Below are positions 59,223 through 64,000 of a DNA stretch of 64,000 nt, piece by piece. The notes below the pieces were generated by a model, which saw nothing but the letters and a program-made list of their open reading frames with translations, made no database searches and had not been told where the DNA came from. The stretch's first letter is position 1; every line of letters starts with the position of its first letter. Both the position numbers and the translations under genes were made by a program. This stretch comes from a virus (Duplodnaviria; Caudoviricetes): IMG/VR virus record IMGVR_UViG_3300042868_009047. One strand, given 5' to 3'.

Positions 59223-60314
59223 ATGGAGCAAATGGATTTGAATAGACTTGTTGAGGTGATGGTCTTTATCAACGATGATTTGGTAATCAAAGAAGGAAAA
59301 AAGAAGAAGGCCGACCGTTGTCTTAAGATTGCGAGAAGGAAATATGATAAGCCATCGGCTTACAGATCTGGTGCCATTGTAAGATGTCGTCAGGGAAAGA
59401 TTTGGAAAGGTTTAAGTGAATCTGATATCAATGATGCTCCTGAGGATGTTAAGGATTTAATATATAAAGCTCACGATGCGATCACCAGACCAAAGGGAAA
59501 AGAATACGCCCCAGACGTTCACGAATTGCAAGATTGGATTAACAATCATATTGAACAACAGTCCCAGGGAATGGACGAGGCAAAAAAGACGGACTTCTCA
59601 AAGGAGAAGAAAAGCGGACTCCACGGATGGTTCTCAAGAAGGGGCGGTGGCGGAAGCAAAGGATGGGTTGATTGCAACACATGCAGAAAGGTTGACGGCA
59701 AAAAGAAATGCAAAGCATGCGGAAGACAAAAGGGTGAAACCAGATCAAAGTACCCTTCATGCAGACCAACGCCAGCATCTTGCGGAACACCAGGAAAAGG
59801 AAAGAATTGGGGAAAGACAAAGGAAGAGTCTTACGATATTATGAATGAAGCTGAAGAAAAGGAAAAGAAAAGAATTGCATTGTTGTTCATTGTGATCGAC
59901 AATAAGGTATTGTTATTCAAGAGAAGCCCAGAGGAAACAACAAACGCTGGAAAATACGGAATGTTGGGTGGACACATTGAAAAGGGTGAATCACCAGAGG
60001 CGGCATTGAAAAGGGAAATCAAAGAGGAAGCGGGAGTTGAATTAAAATCCTTCAAGAAATTAAAGACATATGAATTGGATGGCGTTCAATTGAATGTATT
60101 CTATACAAATGAATTCGACACGGAGAATATCAAGTTGGATAAGAAGGAACATACAGGAAAGAAATTCTTCACACTGGAACAACTGGATGAGATGTCCCCA
60201 GAAGAATGCATTGATACAAATAAAGGAATCGCCAAAGATTACAACAAGAAGGCAAAAGAGGATAAACAGCTCAATGAAACCATTGAGAGAATGAAATCCA
60301 TCATAGGTTTATAA
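59223..60314 (+). CDS. Multidomain protein: basic Cys-rich modules plus NUDIX hydrolase, with C-terminal tag
   Basis: Nudix box GGHIEKGESPEAALKREIKEEAG; ends LNETIERMKSIIGL. Confidence 0.75.
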   Translation: MEQMDLNRLVEVMVFINDDLVIKEGKKKKADRCLKIARRKYDKPSAYRSGAIVRCRQGKIWKGLSESDINDAPEDVKDLIYKAHDAITRPKGKEYAPDVHELQDWINNHIEQQSQGMDEAKKTDFSKEKKSGLHGWFSRRGGGGSKGWVDCNTCRKVDGKKKCKACGRQKGETRSKYPSCRPTPASCGTPGKGKNWGKTKEESYDIMNEAEEKEKKRIALLFIVIDNKVLLFKRSPEETTNAGKYGMLGGHIEKGESPEAALKREIKEEAGVELKSFKKLKTYELDGVQLNVFYTNEFDTENIKLDKKEHTGKKFFTLEQLDEMSPEECIDTNKGIAKDYNKKAKEDKQLNETIERMKSIIGL

Positions 60315-60318
60315 TTCA

Positions 60319-60927
60319 ATGTTATTGAACGAACAAATATCGAAAATGAAAACAATTATGGGCATTTCTGAAGAAATGATAGAGATACCCAATGATAGCA
60401 GTTTAATGAATTTCTTTCATGGTGGCGACTTGGATGAGATCAAATACGATATACAACAAAAAACTGACAGGCAACAATACGGTTCTGGTTTATACCTGAC
60501 AACATATTATGACGTTGCAAAAAAATATGCAAAGGGCAATAGAAAGATGTATTTGGTTTCGGTGCAAAAGGGCATGGATATAAACGATAAGAAGGTGGAT
60601 ATCGAAACTTTAATGCAATTCCTTAATCAAAGCTTCCCCAAAAAAACGGCACAGACCATACTTAATTTAGCTAATTACAGAATACACAATGATGGCATAC
60701 CATTATATTTGGTGAATAACATATTAATAAACCACAATTACCTTAAAGGTCCCAAATCAGTTGCATGGAGAACGTTTCTGGTTGGTTTGGGCGTTGATTA
60801 CGAGATTGTGGATAACGCTTTTGGTTATGGTGACACAATGATGGTTTTATATAACCCAAGTTTAATAAAGAATGTTAAACGAATTGAACCAAAGGATACA
60901 TTGCCCACGTACAATTTAGCGAAATAA
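60319..60927 (+). CDS. Tagged protein with ADP-ribosyltransferase-like (polyvalent-protein type) domain
   Basis: MLLNEQISKMKTIMG; FFHGG..QYGSGLYLTT..VAKKYA..MYLV; terminal MVLYNPSLIK strand. Confidence 0.6.
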   Translation: MLLNEQISKMKTIMGISEEMIEIPNDSSLMNFFHGGDLDEIKYDIQQKTDRQQYGSGLYLTTYYDVAKKYAKGNRKMYLVSVQKGMDINDKKVDIETLMQFLNQSFPKKTAQTILNLANYRIHNDGIPLYLVNNILINHNYLKGPKSVAWRTFLVGLGVDYEIVDNAFGYGDTMMVLYNPSLIKNVKRIEPKDTLPTYNLAK

Positions 60928-60956
60928 AAAGAAAGTTATCAGTAGGCAAAAATAAC

Positions 60957-60984
60957 AACCCTCAGAGAGATCTGGGGGTTTTTT
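60957..60984. terminator. Terminator between convergent genes
   Basis: AACCCTCAG/CTGGGGGTT hairpin plus T-tract. Confidence 0.7.
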
Positions 60985-61504
60985 ATTGTGGTATATGATC
61001 GTTAACGTCCTTTTTAACTTTTGATATCATCTTAAGCATATTGGTGTTATCGGTCTTGATGATGGTCTTTGTCTGAACAACTGGTTCTTCAATTCGCATC
61101 ATGGAAACCTTATGGTCACCATCAGGCTGCTCATCACCACCGAAACGATTTTCATTTCTTCTCTCTTCCAGGATGGTAACCTTGCCGTTGGTCTTTTTGG
61201 CCTCAGCTTCCAGTGAAGATATCATGATAAGAATTTCCTGTTCCCTTTGAACAAATTTATTGGTGCAAGACATCTGACCATCGATGAGTTGATTGTTTAA
61301 CTGCGTCACTCTTTGTGTAAGTGTTTGAATTTCAGCACGTTGGTTCTCCACCTTAATCTTTAGTTCTTCGGTGTCATGGGTTAATGAGTCGATAATCTTT
61401 GGCCCCACAGAGATGAAGGTGATGGAGAGCAATAGGAATATAAGCGCAAGCAGACGCTGGCCGACTGATAATTTTGAAAGGATCTCTGAGATGTGCTTGA
61501 ACAT
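60983..61504 (-). CDS. N-terminal TM plus coiled-coil protein (spanin-like topology)
   Basis: LLALIFLLLSITFISVG then long heptad region; TATTTATA at 61520-61527. Confidence 0.55.
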   Translation of the reverse strand: MFKHISEILSKLSVGQRLLALIFLLLSITFISVGPKIIDSLTHDTEELKIKVENQRAEIQTLTQRVTQLNNQLIDGQMSCTNKFVQREQEILIMISSLEAEAKKTNGKVTILEERRNENRFGGDEQPDGDHKVSMMRIEEPVVQTKTIIKTDNTNMLKMISKVKKDVNDHIPQ

Positions 61505-61530
61505 GGTTTTTGATTTACATATAAATAGTC

Positions 61531-62060
61531 TGTTTACAGTAAACTAACAACTGTAAACATCTTATCGCGACAAATATCGCGACAGTGTGTCGCAATAAGA
61601 TATCGTTTAAAAGGCCGATATTTCGGAATAAAAAATTCCCCAGAAATTTTTTTGAAAAACGGTTTTAGAATAAAAAGGGGGTCATGTTTTGAAAATGGGT
61701 CTTTCGCCAGAATGGGGGTACCGCTCGCAGAGGGGGTCCGAAATTTTGGAAAAAAAATACCTGGAAATTTTTTTTTGGAAAAAGTTCATACGGATATCTG
61801 AGCCCCCCTTTTGGCACGGGGTGGGGGGGTATATGGGGGGGTAAAGGTGAGGGGGGGGGTCATATACTACTTACTGACCAAATAACCTAATATAGTTATC
61901 CACATTGCTGACCAAGTTATCCACAGGGTCTATTAGCCATTTTAAAGCGATTTAAGGGGTTTTTGTTTTAATCTATATAAAGATACCACCCGTATATAGA
62001 TAAGCGAATAGCGGCAAAATAAGGCATAAAAAAAGGGGTGCTTTGTTGCACCCCTCTCTT
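61531..62060. other. Non-coding structured region (inverted/direct repeats, A/T tracts, G-tracts, two DnaA boxes): candidate origin, packaging site or genome-end region
   Basis: TTATCCACA at 61896-61904 and 61917-61925; G4-G7-G7-G9 at 61818-61859; TATCGCGACA twice plus an inverted copy at 61563-61597; 10-bp inverted repeat 61531-61559. Confidence 0.55.
62028..62058 (-). terminator. Intrinsic terminator
   Basis: GGGGTGC/GCACCCC with A7 on the plus strand. Confidence 0.75.
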
Positions 62061-62079
62061 ATCTTTAATAAGCACTTAC

Positions 62080-62628
62080 CTAAAAGGTAAGCACTTGTTT
62101 GTTTGACCTTACTTCTTTGATGCCCTCAATTTTGATAGTCCTAAAAATAACATCGTTTTCCAAGCCTTGATTAACTGCTTTTGCTACCTTTGGTTTGAAC
62201 TGCTTAATAGTTTCAATTTGCTCACTTGTAGCCTCAATACCATTAACATAGTATTGTTTAGTTTCAGCACTATTAACGATGCCCGAAAGGTATCTATCAT
62301 CTACCTTGTTACGATTGCGAACGATTGAACCATTATTGCTATCGTAAACTTTTTCGTGCCAATTTTGTTTGGCTTCAAAATCGGCTTCATTGCCCTCTTT
62401 AATTCGCTTGTTATTTACGGCATTTTCGTAAACACAATTTAAACTAAAATTGTAATTAACCAATTTAGTAATTTCATCATTGGCTAAGGGATTGCCACGC
62501 TTTAATTGTTTTTCGCTTACTACTGCAATAATGTAAGCGAATGTAGCACTACCACCATCGTTGATAGTGTTCATAATTTGTGCCTCTTTTTCAGTTAGGA
62601 CTTTAACGCTGTTTTGTTGATTGTTCAT
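62080..62628 (-). CDS. Hypothetical protein in a promoter-gene-terminator cassette
   Basis: KRGNPL..LNCVYENAVN..KEG..F; bracketed by the repeated promoter and terminator. Confidence 0.65.
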   Translation of the reverse strand: MNNQQNSVKVLTEKEAQIMNTINDGGSATFAYIIAVVSEKQLKRGNPLANDEITKLVNYNFSLNCVYENAVNNKRIKEGNEADFEAKQNWHEKVYDSNNGSIVRNRNKVDDRYLSGIVNSAETKQYYVNGIEATSEQIETIKQFKPKVAKAVNQGLENDVIFRTIKIEGIKEVRSNKQVLTF

Positions 62629-62651
62629 AATACTAATTGTTTAAATTTGTA

Positions 62652-62718
62652 ATGCAAAGAACGGCATAAAAAACTTTACAAACAAATTTATTTTAATTAA
62701 TATCAAAATATTTTTTTT
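62652..62718 (-). repeat. 67-bp promoter-like repeat, copy 1
   Basis: 62/67 identical to 63835-63901; partial third copy at 62784-62807. Confidence 0.85.
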
Positions 62719-62893
62719 CTATGGATCTATAAAGCACCCCAAAAAAAAATTCCCCTATCTTATATTTGATAAAATATGTTATTAAAAGTTTACAAACAAA
62801 TTTATTTGCAATTATTTTTTTATATTAATCAAAACTGATTTTAAGCCGTTTTAAGCCACTTTAATAGTTTAACTGATAAAATACCTATAAAAC

Positions 62894-62920
62894 AAAAAAG
62901 GGTGCATTTAGCACCCCTTT
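62894..62920 (-). terminator. Intrinsic terminator (same GGGTGC/GCACCC stem as 62028)
   Basis: Hairpin with A-tract on the plus strand. Confidence 0.75.
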
Positions 62921-62937
62921 CCGTTCGTTTGTGGCGA

Positions 62938-63807
62938 TTACTTAACCACCTCTGCAAACTGCTCAAACAATCTGCGTTCCTTTTGAGCCACTGAACCAAA
63001 CATTTTGGTATCATCTTTATCAGAACCCAACATATGTGTTGTGTACTTCGTTACACCACTGAATAAACCCCACATTGTTTTACCTTTGTAAGTAGTTTCT
63101 TGAGCCAAGGCATCACGAAAACGCATAATGTTATTTTTGTTTCGTGTGCTGATTGTATCTGCATCTGCTTTAACATCTGCCAAAGATACTGCGAATAACC
63201 CCTTTAAAACTTCATCAACCCACTTGTCTGACATTGGCACTTCTGACAATTTTTTGATAGTTTCAAAGTTTGCCTTTTCCTCTGCTCTCACTTGCTCTGC
63301 TGACTTTAACAAATCATCAATTTTGATTACCATAGATTTAGTATGTTTAATCTTTGAACTCAAACCACGATAAGCACCAAAGAAAGTGTTTTGGCAACTG
63401 ATTGTAGTGGTTGAATGACCGAATGCAAGGCTTGTAGAACCGTCAAATGAATTAACTGCGGTAAGGTATCCTTTTACCATATCGCCATAGGCTAAATTCA
63501 AATCATCAGTTTTTAACTGAATGAATACTTTTGAACCACCACCCAATAAACCCGCATTGTGAATTGGCAAATCTGCTGACTGCGATAATTGAAATAACAA
63601 TTCAGCCATTTGCTGATTTTGGAAAACTTCGTAAGATGCTTTATGCACCCCCAAGATTTTTTGGTTATCCTCACGAACGATAGCAACGCTATCTGTAATG
63701 ATACCACTTGCAGTCTGCAATACTTCTTTGTTTGCTGACCAATTTAAACCTGCTTTTTCTAAAAGCATAAAAGCGTTAACGCTGTCGTTGTTGTTAATGT
63801 AAAACAT
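62938..63807 (-). CDS. DUF932/DUF945-family phage protein
   Basis: LEKAGLNW..AIVREDN..LG..Y..FQN..GLLGGGSKVF..NSFDGSTS..SCQNT..HT..TMWGLFSGVTKY. Start moved to MFYINN. Confidence 0.8.
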   Translation of the reverse strand: MFYINNNDSVNAFMLLEKAGLNWSANKEVLQTASGIITDSVAIVREDNQKILGVHKASYEVFQNQQMAELLFQLSQSADLPIHNAGLLGGGSKVFIQLKTDDLNLAYGDMVKGYLTAVNSFDGSTSLAFGHSTTTISCQNTFFGAYRGLSSKIKHTKSMVIKIDDLLKSAEQVRAEEKANFETIKKLSEVPMSDKWVDEVLKGLFAVSLADVKADADTISTRNKNNIMRFRDALAQETTYKGKTMWGLFSGVTKYTTHMLGSDKDDTKMFGSVAQKERRLFEQFAEVVK

Positions 63808-63834
63808 ATATTTATTTTTTAGTTGTTTAACTTG

Positions 63835-63901
63835 ATGCAAAGTACGACATAAAAAAGTTTACAACCAAATTTATTTTAATTAATATGAAAATATTTTTTT
63901 T
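63835..63901 (-). repeat. 67-bp promoter-like repeat, copy 2
   Basis: Lies 27 nt upstream of ATG 63807; see copy 1. Confidence 0.85.
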
Positions 63902-64000
63902 ATCTTAAACAATTTCTTTCGTATTTCAAAGGTATAAACAAACCTAAACTTGTGGTAATTTGTTTATTGGTGCTAACATCAATTTTAACCCAACCAATGT

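Noticed and set aside
1-64000. Stop-codon reassignment, as seen in some large phages
   Set aside because: TAG (363, 25074, 57892), TGA (23092) and TAA all end genes at sensible points, ORFs are full length in code 11, and none of the 13 tRNAs is a suppressor.

Overview
This is an AT-rich 64-kb segment of a large tailed dsDNA (jumbo/huge-type) bacteriophage. The host is probably Bacteroidota: there are TAnnTTTG promoters, starts without Shine-Dalgarno sites, and a T9SS C-terminal sorting domain. The standard code appears to be used. In order, the window holds: the 3' end of a TibC/Aah-like O-heptosyltransferase; a GH73 hydrolase and an M28 peptidase; a 5,415-aa period-3 Gly/Ser/Thr fibre ending in an S74 autocleaving chaperone; ClpC, KTSC, a 2OG oxygenase, a nucleotidyltransferase, a dNMP kinase and a UvrD helicase; a GH19 endolysin followed by a DUF2589-like pair; an 8.5-kb operon of exported envelope proteins (T9SS cohesin/dockerin protein, CsgG-like protein, lectin adhesin, two putative barrels); a 13-tRNA array with an unexplained structured RNA; four genes sharing an N-terminal anchor domain (three with LamG heads); about ten proteins sharing a short LNE..RMKxMMG tag fused to unrelated enzyme domains; an aaRS-II paralogue behind a leader terminator; and a non-coding boundary with DnaA boxes and G-tracts leading into repeated promoter cassettes. 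All family assignments come from motif recognition by eye; no searches were run.
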